Part shown: positions 45,987 to 55,823 of the stretch, piece by piece
Position numbering within the stretch: the first letter of the stretch is position 1
Layout: every line of letters begins with the position of its first letter
Assembly (NCBI GenBank): GCA_964532575.1
Contig: CAZHIN010000001.1
Location: forward strand, 21,294-80,963
DNA: 59,670 bases
Direction: 5' to 3'
From: an uncultured Acidimicrobium sp.
GTDB taxonomy: Bacteria; Actinomycetota; Acidimicrobiia; Acidimicrobiales; Ilumatobacteraceae
The notes under the pieces: generated by a model
What the model saw: the letters and a program-made list of their open reading frames with translations, nothing else
Databases searched by the model: none
Told to the model about the DNA's origin: nothing
Position numbers and translations under genes: made by a program

Positions 45987-46463
45987 ATGACTGAAGTAAT
46001 AGATGACGGACCGGGCGAACTACCAGGAGTAAATCCGGAAGCAATACCGAATGAAACAGTGACTGCGCCAGCGAAGGTGATGCGCATCGGGTCGATGATC
46101 AAACAGTTGCTCGATGAAGTGCATTCGATGACAATGGATGGACCAGCGCGAGAGCGTCTCGCCGAGATTTATGAGCGGTCAATTGTTGAATTGACGGAAG
46201 CCCTCTCTCCCGACTTGGCTGAAGAGTTGCGGATGCTGTCGCTGCCATTTCGCGATGGAGTAACTCCATCCGACAGTGAATTGCGTGTTGCCAAAGCCCA
46301 ACTTGTTGGTTGGCTCGAAGGTCTGTTTCACGGAATTCAGGCCACATTGTTTGCACAGCAATTGGCTGCAAATCAGCAACTCAATCAAATGCGCCAATTG
46401 CCCAGTGGTCCTGGTGGATCCACCTCCCCAGAAATAGCGGACCGCCCGGGCACGTATCTCTAG
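45987..46463 (+). CDS. bpa: Bacterial proteasome activator (Bpa/PafE, DUF2587) family
   Basis: 158 aa, helical. KVMRIGSMIKQLLDEV...AQLVGWLEGLFHGIQ, with a C-terminal GTYL resembling the GQYL 20S-docking motif. Confidence 0.72.
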   Translation: MTEVIDDGPGELPGVNPEAIPNETVTAPAKVMRIGSMIKQLLDEVHSMTMDGPARERLAEIYERSIVELTEALSPDLAEELRMLSLPFRDGVTPSDSELRVAKAQLVGWLEGLFHGIQATLFAQQLAANQQLNQMRQLPSGPGGSTSPEIADRPGTYL

Positions 46464-46521
46464 CCAGTCGTACTTGAGGTTGGCGAAAATCACGAGTAAG
46501 CACCACGGGCAAACACCCCAC

Positions 46522-46528
46522 TGATAAT
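46522..46528 (+). promoter_or_regulatory. Possible extended -10 element (TGATAAT) upstream of dnaE
   Basis: TGATAATCT lies 63 nt upstream of the dnaE GTG. The same GATAATCT octamer occurs in the putative mraZ promoter (21911-21918). No clear -35. Confidence 0.25.
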
Positions 46529-46590
46529 CTCTCCTCTCCAACGCGGCTTTTTGGCCACAATCATCGGACGAAACACGAAAGGGGATTCCA

Positions 46591-49500
46591 GTGGGAGACT
46601 CGTTTACCCACTTGCATGTCCACACCGAGTTTTCGATGTTGGACGGCGCGTCGCGACTTGACGAATTAGTAGCGGCGGCAGTTGCCGACGGTCAACCTGC
46701 CTTGGGTATGACCGATCACGGCAACATGTATGGAACTCTCGATTTTTATCGGCAGTGCAAAGAGCAAGGTATCAAGCCGATTATTGGCACAGAGGCATAC
46801 ATGGCTCACGAGCACCGCTCCGAGCGTCCATCTCGGCGGGGCAGAATTGATGACTCGGGTGGCGAAACAGAGTCGGGTGGCAAGGTGTACTACCACCTCA
46901 CGCTGCTGGCAGAAAACAATGTTGGCTATAAAAATTTAATTCAGTTGTCGAGCCGTGCATTTTTGGAGGGTTACTACTACCAACCGCGCATTGACTGGGA
47001 ATTGCTGCACGAACACCACGAAGGTTTGATTGCGACAAGCGGATGTCTAGGCGGACACGTGTTGCAGCGGTTGATGAAGGGCGACATTGCGGGAGCGCAC
47101 GAATGCGCGGGCAGACTGCAAGACATTTTCGGCAAAGATAATTTTTTTATTGAAGTGCAAGATCACGGACTTGCGGAACAAAAGCGCACCAATCCACTCC
47201 TGATTGAACTGTCGCGCAAGATTGGTGCTCCTTTGCTTGCTACAAACGACACCCACTACACGCATCGCGAAGACCATGCGGCCCATGACGCATTGTTGTG
47301 TGTGCAAACGGGCTGCACAATGTCAGACCCAAACCGGTTCAAGTTCGAAGGTGCCGAACATTATTTGAAGAGCGCACAAGAAATGCAATGGCTATTTCGT
47401 GATATTCCCGAGTCATGCAGCAACACACTGTGGATCGCCGAGCGCGCCAATATCGAAATCGAGTTTGGAAACCCCGTGCTTCCAAACTTTGAGTTGCCAG
47501 CCGGGTTTACAACAGACGGTGAATATCTCCATCACCTAGCGCTTCAAGGGGCCAAAGAGCGATGGGGTGAAAAGCTTCCATCGGCAGTGACTGAGCGCCT
47601 CAATTTCGAACTACAAACGATTGAGCAAATGGGTTTCAGTTCTTATTTTTTGATCGTGTGGGACATGATTCGCTATGCGCGCCACAATTCAATCCGCGTG
47701 GGCCCTGGTCGTGGCTCGGCTGCAGGTTGTGCCGTGGCGTATTGCCTTCGCATCACCGATCTAGACCCGATCAAGTATGACTTGTTGTTTGAAAGATTTC
47801 TCAATCCAAGTCGCGTCACGATGCCCGACATTGACATGGACTTCGATTCGCGTTATCGCGACCAGATGATTCGATATGCCTCGGATAAATATGGTCGTGA
47901 TCACGTTGCTCAGATCATCACATTTGGCACCATCAAAGCACGCAACGCTGTTCGCGATGCAGCACGCGTGCTGGGTAAGCCGTATCTCGTAGGCGACAAG
48001 ATTGCCAAACTGATGCCACCTGTGATCATGGGCCGCGACACTCCTCTCAAGTTTTGTCTAGAGCCAGATCCGAAAGACGAACACAAAGATGGATATCGCG
48101 CTGCCGCCGAACTGCGAGCGTTGTATGAATCGGACAGCGAAGTGAAAGAAGTTGTTGACGTCGCTCGAGGTCTCGAGGGGCTTAAGCGCAATGTGGGCAT
48201 TCATGCTGCTGCTGTAGTGATCACAAAAGAGAAGTTGACCGAGTATTTGCCGATTCAGCGCAAACCTGAGCAGGGTCAAAACCCGCAAGATGCACCGGTG
48301 GTGACGCAGTTTGAAATGCACGGAGTTGAGGCACTTGGACTACTCAAAATGGACATCTTGGGCTTGCGCAACCTTGATGTGCTCAGCGATGCAATGGCCA
48401 TGATCCGCCAATTTCGTGAGAGCAACTTTGATGTTGACAAACTGCCTATTGACGACAAAGCAACGTTTGAGTTGCTTGCGCGCGGCGACACTATTGGTGT
48501 TTTTCAACTCGAGAGCACCCCGATGCGTGCCTTGCTGCGGTCATTGATGCCAGAGACATTTGAGCATCTTTCTGCAGTGCTTGCCTTGTATCGCCCAGGA
48601 CCAATGGGCGAAAACATGCACAACGACTTTGCTGACTACAAAAACAAGCGCAAAGAAAACCAATATTTCCATCCCGATGCTGCCGAACTCTTGGGCGATA
48701 CCTATGGGTTGATGATCTACCAAGAGAGCGTGATGCGCGTGGCGCAAAAGTTTGCTGGGTATTCGCTCGCCGAGGCAGACACATTGCGAAAAGCGTGTGG
48801 CAAAAAAGACAAAGTTGCTATGGCCGAACAGCGCGCCGGGTTTGAGGCGGGTTGTATCAAGTTGGGCTACGGCGAGGAATTGGGTACAACTATTTTTGAC
48901 ATGATCGAAAAGTTTGCCGACTATGCGTTTGCAAAAAGTCATGCATATGGTTACGGCCTGATCTCGTATCAGACTGCATATTTGAAAACCCATTTTCCAG
49001 TTGAGTACCTTGCGTGTTTGCTCACCAGCGTCAAGACCAATTACGACAAAGCGGCCGTCTATTTATCTGATGCGCGCATGAACAACATTGTTGTGCTGAC
49101 CCCCGATATCAATCTTTCTGGTGTCAACTTTGAGCCAGTGCTCGATGGTGATGTTCGCAAAATTACGTTTGGCCTCTCGGCTATTCGCAATGTGGGTGAA
49201 GGTCTCGCGACAAAAGTCGTTGAGCACCGCAACACGCATGGACCATTTGAGTCTTTTTATGACTTTGCCGAACGAGTGCCAACAGACGTGCTCAACAAGC
49301 GAGCAATTGAGTCGCTCATCAAGGCTGGAGCATTTGACAAACTTGGTCACCCACGCAAAGGATTACTCGCGTCGTTCATGGTGATCATCGATACAACATT
49401 GCAGCGTCGCGCAGAAAAAGACCAAGGTGTGATGAGCCTCTTTGGTGAACTGGAGGGCACGGAAGGCGGGTTTAGCGAGCGCCAGTCGATTCCGGATTTG

Positions 49501-50124
49501 CACTTTGAAAAATCAGAGCAACTGAAATTTGAAAAAGAAATGCTCGGTTTGTATGTATCAGATCATCCGCTCATGGGAATAGAGGGAGCCCTTCGCCGAC
49601 GAGTTGATTGTTCTATCCCAGAGGCACTCGAATCTGCTGATGGCGCGTTTATGACAATCGGGGGCATTGTCAATCAGGTCAATCGGCGTTACACCAAAAA
49701 AGGTGACCAGATGGCAACATTTATGTTGGAGGATTTACAGGGCGTTATTGAAGTCACTGTTTTTCCTAAGACGCTCGAGAAATATGGCCATCAACTTGCC
49801 GACGACATGCTGATCTCGGTGCGAGGCAGAATGGACGCGCGCGATGAAACAAAAATTGGATTTATGGCCACCGAAATAATTGTTTTGGAGGGTTTGCGAT
49901 CTTCGCAGGACTCATTGCACCTGAGATTCAATGCCCACGCGATCACCGAGACACTGATTGCCGATTTGCAGGCAGTGTTGAAAGAACATCCTGGCGATGC
50001 ACCTGTATTTCTGCATCTATCAGATGACAAAGCAGTAAGCCTTGGCGCGCAATACACGGTCAACCTTGATCGAGTTATGGGCCAACTACGAGCATCATTT
50101 GGGGACGCCGCAACGATTGCATAG
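46591..50124 (+). CDS. dnaE: DNA polymerase III alpha subunit
   Basis: 1177 aa. PHP domain (FTHLHVHTEFSMLDG), polymerase core (PDIDMDF), OB fold at the C-terminus. Confidence 0.98.
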   Translation: MGDSFTHLHVHTEFSMLDGASRLDELVAAAVADGQPALGMTDHGNMYGTLDFYRQCKEQGIKPIIGTEAYMAHEHRSERPSRRGRIDDSGGETESGGKVYYHLTLLAENNVGYKNLIQLSSRAFLEGYYYQPRIDWELLHEHHEGLIATSGCLGGHVLQRLMKGDIAGAHECAGRLQDIFGKDNFFIEVQDHGLAEQKRTNPLLIELSRKIGAPLLATNDTHYTHREDHAAHDALLCVQTGCTMSDPNRFKFEGAEHYLKSAQEMQWLFRDIPESCSNTLWIAERANIEIEFGNPVLPNFELPAGFTTDGEYLHHLALQGAKERWGEKLPSAVTERLNFELQTIEQMGFSSYFLIVWDMIRYARHNSIRVGPGRGSAAGCAVAYCLRITDLDPIKYDLLFERFLNPSRVTMPDIDMDFDSRYRDQMIRYASDKYGRDHVAQIITFGTIKARNAVRDAARVLGKPYLVGDKIAKLMPPVIMGRDTPLKFCLEPDPKDEHKDGYRAAAELRALYESDSEVKEVVDVARGLEGLKRNVGIHAAAVVITKEKLTEYLPIQRKPEQGQNPQDAPVVTQFEMHGVEALGLLKMDILGLRNLDVLSDAMAMIRQFRESNFDVDKLPIDDKATFELLARGDTIGVFQLESTPMRALLRSLMPETFEHLSAVLALYRPGPMGENMHNDFADYKNKRKENQYFHPDAAELLGDTYGLMIYQESVMRVAQKFAGYSLAEADTLRKACGKKDKVAMAEQRAGFEAGCIKLGYGEELGTTIFDMIEKFADYAFAKSHAYGYGLISYQTAYLKTHFPVEYLACLLTSVKTNYDKAAVYLSDARMNNIVVLTPDINLSGVNFEPVLDGDVRKITFGLSAIRNVGEGLATKVVEHRNTHGPFESFYDFAERVPTDVLNKRAIESLIKAGAFDKLGHPRKGLLASFMVIIDTTLQRRAEKDQGVMSLFGELEGTEGGFSERQSIPDLHFEKSEQLKFEKEMLGLYVSDHPLMGIEGALRRRVDCSIPEALESADGAFMTIGGIVNQVNRRYTKKGDQMATFMLEDLQGVIEVTVFPKTLEKYGHQLADDMLISVRGRMDARDETKIGFMATEIIVLEGLRSSQDSLHLRFNAHAITETLIADLQAVLKEHPGDAPVFLHLSDDKAVSLGAQYTVNLDRVMGQLRASFGDAATIA

Positions 50125-50167
50125 ATGACCCCTGCCGAAACCGAAGTTTTGCTGGCAGACTGTAGGT

Positions 50168-50822
50168 ATGTCAGTTGTAGTCGAGACGCGTGATTGTGGG
50201 TCTCTGACCGATGCCGAACTTGATGAGTTGGCAGCAATGGGTGGGGCCTTCGGTATCGGCCCAGTTTCGAAAGCCAAAGACGAGTGGGTGTTGTTTACAA
50301 GCGCTCGAATTGACGGCAAGATTCACGGTTTTACCTTCTCCACACTGGAGCGCATTGGCGGCACGCCTTGCGTGTTGTTGGGGATGATGAGCGTCAAAGT
50401 CTGGAAAGCTCGACATGGTTCTCAAGGGTCTGATGGGCGAGGCATATCACCGCGCACTGATGGCGTTTCCCGACGAAGACGTTGTTGTCGGCTCACGATT
50501 TGCGTCGGCAAGTGGTCTCGAAGCTTTTAAGTCGCTGACTGAAATGATTCCTCGGCCAGACCACCGCGCCGTTGGTGAAGAGCGCGCGTGGGGTAAGCGT
50601 TTGGCTCGTCGCTTTGGTGTCGAGGCATCGTATGACGACCAGAGTTTTACCGTCAAGGTCAATGGTCAAAGTGGTTTTCTTGATCACGAGACGTTGAAGC
50701 CAGAAAAAATTGATGCCGATGTTGCTGCACAGTTTGCAACAGCAACCAAGGCCAAGAGTGGCGTCGTAATTGTGCATGGTTGGACAATGGCCGAGTCGCT
50801 GGCCAAACTCGGCAAACACTAA
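50168..50822 (+). pseudogene. Hypothetical gene apparently disrupted by a +1 frameshift near 50390-50400
   Basis: The ORF 50168-50530 reads plausibly up to ...TPCVLLGMMSVK, then turns Arg/Cys-rich and junk-like. The +1 frame is open from 50391 and reads plausibly to 50822 (MVLKGLMGEAYHRALMAFPDEDVVVGSRF...). The two halves join to about 215 aa. Confidence 0.5.
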
Positions 50823-50832
50823 GCAGATAATT

Positions 50833-51444
50833 TTGCAGTTCGCCGACGTTGTACGCGGTCGGCGCATGACTCGCGCCTTTTCAAAACAGCCAGTCGACTC
50901 GGCGTTGATCACACAGATTGTTGATCTTGCATCTCGTGCGCCGTCGGCAGGCAAAACGCAAGGCTGGCATGTGGTGATCATTACCTCAAGCGACACAGCA
51001 AAGTTTTGGGATGACACGCTTGCAACTGAAAAGCGAGAAGGATTTCGTTGGAAGCAGTTGCTGGACGCGCCAGTAATTGCATTGGTATTTGCTGATCCCT
51101 TGGCATATGTAGAGCGCTATGCCGAGAACGATAAAGCGCACACAGGTTTGGGTACGAGTGCCGATGCATGGCCAACCCCGTATTGGACGGTGGACGCTTC
51201 GTTTGCAGCAATGACGATGTTGCTTGCCGCTGAGGACGCAGGGTTGGGGGCATTATTTTTTGCGGTATTTAATGGCGAGCAACAGTTGCGAAAGAGGCTG
51301 CTCGTTCCTGAAACGTTGCAATTGATTGGCGCGATAGCGCTCGGTTGGCCTGATGACGGCGAGCAGGTGCAACAACATCGAGGCGTGAGCGCTGATCGGG
51401 CTCGTCGCAATGCCGAACAGATTATTCACCTCAACGGATGGTGA
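50833..51444 (+). CDS. Nitroreductase family protein
   Basis: FADVVRGRRMTRAF, SRAPSAGKTQGW and GALFFAV are nitroreductase-fold motifs. TTG 50833 is the first plausible start after the upstream stop. Confidence 0.8.
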   Translation: MQFADVVRGRRMTRAFSKQPVDSALITQIVDLASRAPSAGKTQGWHVVIITSSDTAKFWDDTLATEKREGFRWKQLLDAPVIALVFADPLAYVERYAENDKAHTGLGTSADAWPTPYWTVDASFAAMTMLLAAEDAGLGALFFAVFNGEQQLRKRLLVPETLQLIGAIALGWPDDGEQVQQHRGVSADRARRNAEQIIHLNGW

Positions 51445-51459
51445 AGTATTGGGTTCTCG

Positions 51460-53496
51460 CTACAAAGCGGACTGTAACGCCTGAGCAAATGTTTTGGCAT
51501 CATGTGCTGGGGCCATACACGCGTATTGCCGACAGACATAGGCGAGATCATCGTTGCGGTCTTGCCAAATGGGCGAGTCATAACGCTCGCCCCACGCACA
51601 CACCACGGTAGGCAACCATTGGGTGTGTACTTGCGTCACCAAATCGGGGCGATTTCCGGTGATAACCACCTCAATCACGCCCTTGTGTTGAAGGTGAGCA
51701 GCGTTCAGTAAATTGCCAAATGCAGTCGGTGCGCTGTTGACGATGTTTGAGAGCAACTGCAAAATCTGATTGGCATGTTGCGCATAGCGCTCATCGCCAG
51801 TCAGTGCACCAAGTCGATATAGCGAGAGTGCTGCTGTCGAGTTGGCTGACGGCGTTGCGTTGTCCATCAAGTCTTTTTGTCGGACAATTAATTGCTCTCC
51901 GTTGTGCGGGGTGGTGAAGACACCGCCATGCTCTGTGTCCCAGTAGTCGGCGAGCAAGGTGTCGGCAACGGATCGCGCACGATCAATCCATTTGGCCTGA
52001 CCAGTTGCTTCGGCAAGCCGTGTAAAACCATCGATGAGTTGTGCGAGATCACTGGCAAGTGCTGCATGCTGTGCGCGAGGGCTTCCGTCTTGGTGCCAAC
52101 TGCGATGAAAGCCCGTTGATGGTGATGTCAGTTCAGCACCTGGGCACAGTTGGTCAATCAGAAATTCTCCGTTTTTTACGGCGGCAGCAAGCCAGTCGGG
52201 TCGTTGCAACAATGCAGCAGCCTCGGCGAGTGTTGCCAGCATCATTCCGTTCCACTCGGTGAGAACCTTGTCGTCTAATCCTGGCCACGGGCGCGTGTTG
52301 CGTGCTGCAAGCAACAATTCTCGTGCGCGCTCAACCTGCGGGCTCCTCAATAGATCACCGCGATGATGCAGTCTGCTGAGGATGTTTGTTCCTTCGAAAT
52401 TGCCGCTGTCCGTTACTTCGTACCAGTCAAGCGCAACATCATGGAGGTCGCTGGGTAGAACATGTTCAATCTGTTGTTTTGACCAGACATAAAAATGCCC
52501 CTCAATCGAATGGCCATGCTCATCCATTGAGTCTGCGTCTTGTGCACAATAAAAGCCGCCGTTCGGGTGGCGCAGATCGCGCAAGACGTAGTCAAGAGTT
52601 TCGGAAGCAACCTGAATCCAACGTGGCTCATTCAGTGCGATGCCAGCGTGCAAATAGATGCGAGCCAACAACGCTTGGTCGTACAACATTTTTTCAAAGT
52701 GCGGCACCAACCACTTGGCGTCAACGCTGTATCGAGCAAAACCTCCGCCTAGGTGGTCATACATACCTCCAGAAGCCATCGCATCGAGCGAGGTGGTGAG
52801 TATCTGCAGTGTTTGTGGCTCGGGGTTGTCGAGATACTTGCGCAAGAGCAAATCAAGATTCATCGTGCTCGGAAACTTTGGTGCAGAACCAAAACCACCC
52901 CAGTCGGCATCAAAGGTTTGATGCATCTGAGCAACTGCGGCGTCAATATGTTGTGGTCCAATGAATTTGCGAGTCGCATCATGTGTATCGCCATCAGGGC
53001 TATTGGTAATTCGACTTGTGCGACTCAGGCTTTCCATTAGCGCTGCAACATTGCTCTCAATGTCGTCGCGGCGGTTGTGCCACGCGTCAATAATGGCATT
53101 CATCAGTTGAATAAATGTTGGCTTGGGAAAATACGTGCCACCATAAAATGGCTTGGCGTCTGGCGTTAAAAATACGGTCATCGGCCAACCGCCACGACCC
53201 GTCATGGCTTGCACTGCGTCCATGTAAATTGCATCGACATCGGGTCGCTCTTCGCGATCAACCTTGATGTTTACGAACAATTCGTTCATCATCGACGCTG
53301 TTTCGGCGTCTTCAAAACACTCGTGTGCCATGACATGGCACCAGTGACATGCCGAGTAGCCGACCGAAAGCAGTATTGGCTTGCCGGTAGAGCGGGCGAG
53401 TGCAAATGCCTCGTCGCCCCACGGAAACCAATCAACAGGATTGTTCTGATGTTGGCGAAGATAGGGACTGATCTGCGAACTGAGACGATTTGGCAT
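51460..53496 (-). CDS. Thioredoxin-domain protein, DUF255/YyaL family (thioredoxin fold plus six-hairpin glycosidase-like domain)
   Basis: SPYLRQHQNNPVDWFPWGDEAF...GYSACHWCHVM is the family hallmark. ATG 53496 lies 1 nt after the S8 stop; the longer track ORF overlaps the S8 gene. Confidence 0.88.
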   Translation of the reverse strand: MPNRLSSQISPYLRQHQNNPVDWFPWGDEAFALARSTGKPILLSVGYSACHWCHVMAHECFEDAETASMMNELFVNIKVDREERPDVDAIYMDAVQAMTGRGGWPMTVFLTPDAKPFYGGTYFPKPTFIQLMNAIIDAWHNRRDDIESNVAALMESLSRTSRITNSPDGDTHDATRKFIGPQHIDAAVAQMHQTFDADWGGFGSAPKFPSTMNLDLLLRKYLDNPEPQTLQILTTSLDAMASGGMYDHLGGGFARYSVDAKWLVPHFEKMLYDQALLARIYLHAGIALNEPRWIQVASETLDYVLRDLRHPNGGFYCAQDADSMDEHGHSIEGHFYVWSKQQIEHVLPSDLHDVALDWYEVTDSGNFEGTNILSRLHHRGDLLRSPQVERARELLLAARNTRPWPGLDDKVLTEWNGMMLATLAEAAALLQRPDWLAAAVKNGEFLIDQLCPGAELTSPSTGFHRSWHQDGSPRAQHAALASDLAQLIDGFTRLAEATGQAKWIDRARSVADTLLADYWDTEHGGVFTTPHNGEQLIVRQKDLMDNATPSANSTAALSLYRLGALTGDERYAQHANQILQLLSNIVNSAPTAFGNLLNAAHLQHKGVIEVVITGNRPDLVTQVHTQWLPTVVCAWGERYDSPIWQDRNDDLAYVCRQYACMAPAHDAKTFAQALQSAL

Positions 53497-53497
53497 A

Positions 53498-55009
53498 TTA
53501 CGAAACAGTGATGATGGTGGTGAATCCCAAAGTAGGGAAGGGTGCTTTTGCAGCAATTGAAATTTTGAGAGTGCATGCACCGGGCACTGCAGATGCAACG
53601 AACGCAGAATGTTGCACCTTGCACGAACCATGAACGATCGTAAATGTTCGCTTGCCTTGTGAAGGGCTCTTAACTAACTCGCTGAGCGGGGTTTTTGTCT
53701 TGGATGAAATTGTTGAAGTTGTAATCCATGCACCAGATTCTGGGAGAGTCGTTGCCGAAAATATTGTGCTCAGGATTGAATTGTTGGCACCACTCGTCAT
53801 GGTTACTGAGTAGCGAAGAAACTTGCGCAAGTCTTTGATTGTTGATTGGTATGTCGTGCCAACTGCGTTGGTGATCGCAGTGCAGTTTTCTGGTTTGGTG
53901 TTTGTTGCTTCGCCAGGTGCAGTGCATCGATACCATTGACTTGTGGCAGTAGTTGACGAAGTAGACGTGGCGCCTACTGCAAGCGCACCTACATGACCCT
54001 CGGTGATGAGTGATGCGGTGATTGTTTTTGGAAACATCACGTCAAGTTCGGCAAATGCCCCAACCAAGTTGATCAGGCCATAACCAAATGTTGTATCGCG
54101 ACCAGTACTACCGATGTCGGTGGCCGTGCGTTGCAAAATATCGCGCACTTGGGCGGCGCTCAGAGAGGGTTGTGCCGCAAAAAGCAATGCTGCAGCACCA
54201 GTAACGAAGGCTGCTGCCATACTCGTGCCGCTCTGAAACTTGTAGTCGTTGCCGGCAGTGGAAAGGATAGAAGTGCCAGGGGCGGCAAGGTCGATGTAGT
54301 CACCCCGTTGATCAAATGAAGTGACACTGTTGTTGCGATCAACTGCAGTCACTGCCAATGTGAGATCACTAGCGGCAGGCCATTTAGGTGTCGAATCTGC
54401 GGCGCCGTTTCCTGCAGCTGCCACCACGAGCACATTGCGATCAACTGCATATTGAATCGCAGCAGTGAGCGTGCTGCTCTCGGTTGTGCCACCAAGTGAA
54501 AGATTGATCACCTTTGCACCGTTATCCGCAGCAAAGCGAACTGCTTTTGAAACATCTTTGGAATCACCAGATCCCTGAGCGTCGAGAACTCTGATCGGCA
54601 TGATGCGAGATTGTGGAGCAACACCAGACCCTCCGATTGCATTGTCGGCAACTGCGGCGATAATTCCTGCTACGTGTGATCCGTGGCCTGCACTGTCGAC
54701 GTCGGTGACGCCAACACTGTCAATCGACCCAAACATCGTGCGGCCTGCATCGAGGTTGGCGTCGAGGTCGGGGTGTGGCCCACTGCCGCTGTCAATTACC
54801 GCAACGATGATTCCAGCACCGCGAGTGATGCCCCAAACCGATGGCGCACCAATTGCACTCAACCCCCATTGTTGATCGAGTAACGGGTCGTTGGTAGCGG
54901 CAGCAAATGCTGTGCTCGAGTGAGAAGTTACGAGAAGCGCAGTTGCCGAAATTGCAACAAGTGTGAGTACCAATACATGCGCGGCGATGCGCCTTGCAAA
55001 GTTGCGCAT
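53498..55009 (-). CDS. Secreted S8 (subtilisin-like) serine peptidase
   Basis: Signal peptide MRNFARRIAAHVLVLTLVAISATALLV...AFA. Catalytic triad contexts VAVIDSG, HGSHVAG, SGTSMAAA. A C-terminal domain of about 170 aa is unassigned. Confidence 0.9.
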   Translation of the reverse strand: MRNFARRIAAHVLVLTLVAISATALLVTSHSSTAFAAATNDPLLDQQWGLSAIGAPSVWGITRGAGIIVAVIDSGSGPHPDLDANLDAGRTMFGSIDSVGVTDVDSAGHGSHVAGIIAAVADNAIGGSGVAPQSRIMPIRVLDAQGSGDSKDVSKAVRFAADNGAKVINLSLGGTTESSTLTAAIQYAVDRNVLVVAAAGNGAADSTPKWPAASDLTLAVTAVDRNNSVTSFDQRGDYIDLAAPGTSILSTAGNDYKFQSGTSMAAAFVTGAAALLFAAQPSLSAAQVRDILQRTATDIGSTGRDTTFGYGLINLVGAFAELDVMFPKTITASLITEGHVGALAVGATSTSSTTATSQWYRCTAPGEATNTKPENCTAITNAVGTTYQSTIKDLRKFLRYSVTMTSGANNSILSTIFSATTLPESGAWITTSTISSKTKTPLSELVKSPSQGKRTFTIVHGSCKVQHSAFVASAVPGACTLKISIAAKAPFPTLGFTTIITVS

Positions 55010-55777
55010 CTACACGCCCATTGCGTGATAGCCACCATCCACATGAATCACTTCTGCGGTAGTGGCCGGAAACCAATCCGAGAGCAGTGCGACGCACGCG
55101 CGTGCAACAGCAGTCGAGTCGTTGACACCCCATCCGAGTGGTGCGCGGTCACTCCACACATCCTCAAATGTTTGAAATCCGGGAATCGATTTTGCGGCCA
55201 TCGTTTTGATTGGTCCAGCAGCCACGAGGTTGCAGCGAATATTCTTACCACCCAATTCCTTGGCAAGGTAACGACTTGTGGATTCAAGAGCGGCTTTGGC
55301 GACTCCCATCCAGTTGTAGGCAGGCCATGCAACAGTGTTGTCGAAATCAAGTCCAACAAAACTTCCGCCTGTCGACATCAGCGGTACAAAAGCATCGGCA
55401 AGTGTTTTCAATGAGTAGGCAGATATTTGCATGGCAACGGCAACATCGTTCCACTTTGCAGCCATGAAGTCATCGCCTAGGCACACAGCAGGTGCAAACC
55501 CGATGGCGTGGAGTACGCCGTCAACACTTCCGAGGTGTTTCTTTGCGCCGGCACGTGCAGTCTCGACGTGTTCATCGACTGTCACATCAAACTCAATGAC
55601 TTCAGCAGGAGTATCGAGTTTGCGAGCGGTGCGTTCGGTGATGGAAAGTCCGCGGCCTGCGCCGGTCAAGAGCACGGTGGCTCCTTCGCGCTGAGCCAAC
55701 TGTGCGACCCCAAAGGCCAAAGACGCGTCAGTAAGAACCCCTGTGACCACTATTTTCTTGCCAGTCAAAATTCCCAT
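55010..55777 (-). CDS. fabI: Enoyl-ACP reductase (NADH), FabI/InhA-like
   Basis: 255 aa. SDR fold KKIVVTGVLTDASLAFGVAQ, with Y-x6-K context (NWMGVAKAALES). Confidence 0.9.
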   Translation of the reverse strand: MGILTGKKIVVTGVLTDASLAFGVAQLAQREGATVLLTGAGRGLSITERTARKLDTPAEVIEFDVTVDEHVETARAGAKKHLGSVDGVLHAIGFAPAVCLGDDFMAAKWNDVAVAMQISAYSLKTLADAFVPLMSTGGSFVGLDFDNTVAWPAYNWMGVAKAALESTSRYLAKELGGKNIRCNLVAAGPIKTMAAKSIPGFQTFEDVWSDRAPLGWGVNDSTAVARACVALLSDWFPATTAEVIHVDGGYHAMGV

Positions 55778-55823
55778 GCTGTCAACGGTAGTTGTTGGGG
55801 GGTGTTTGTGGCAGGCTCGTTAC

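Noticed and set aside
50385-50402. Programmed ribosomal frameshift at the junction of the two ORFs downstream of dnaE
   Set aside because: There is no X XXY YYZ slippery heptamer, no rare or stop codon stall context typical of +1 sites, and no obvious downstream stimulatory structure. A simple indel is more parsimonious.
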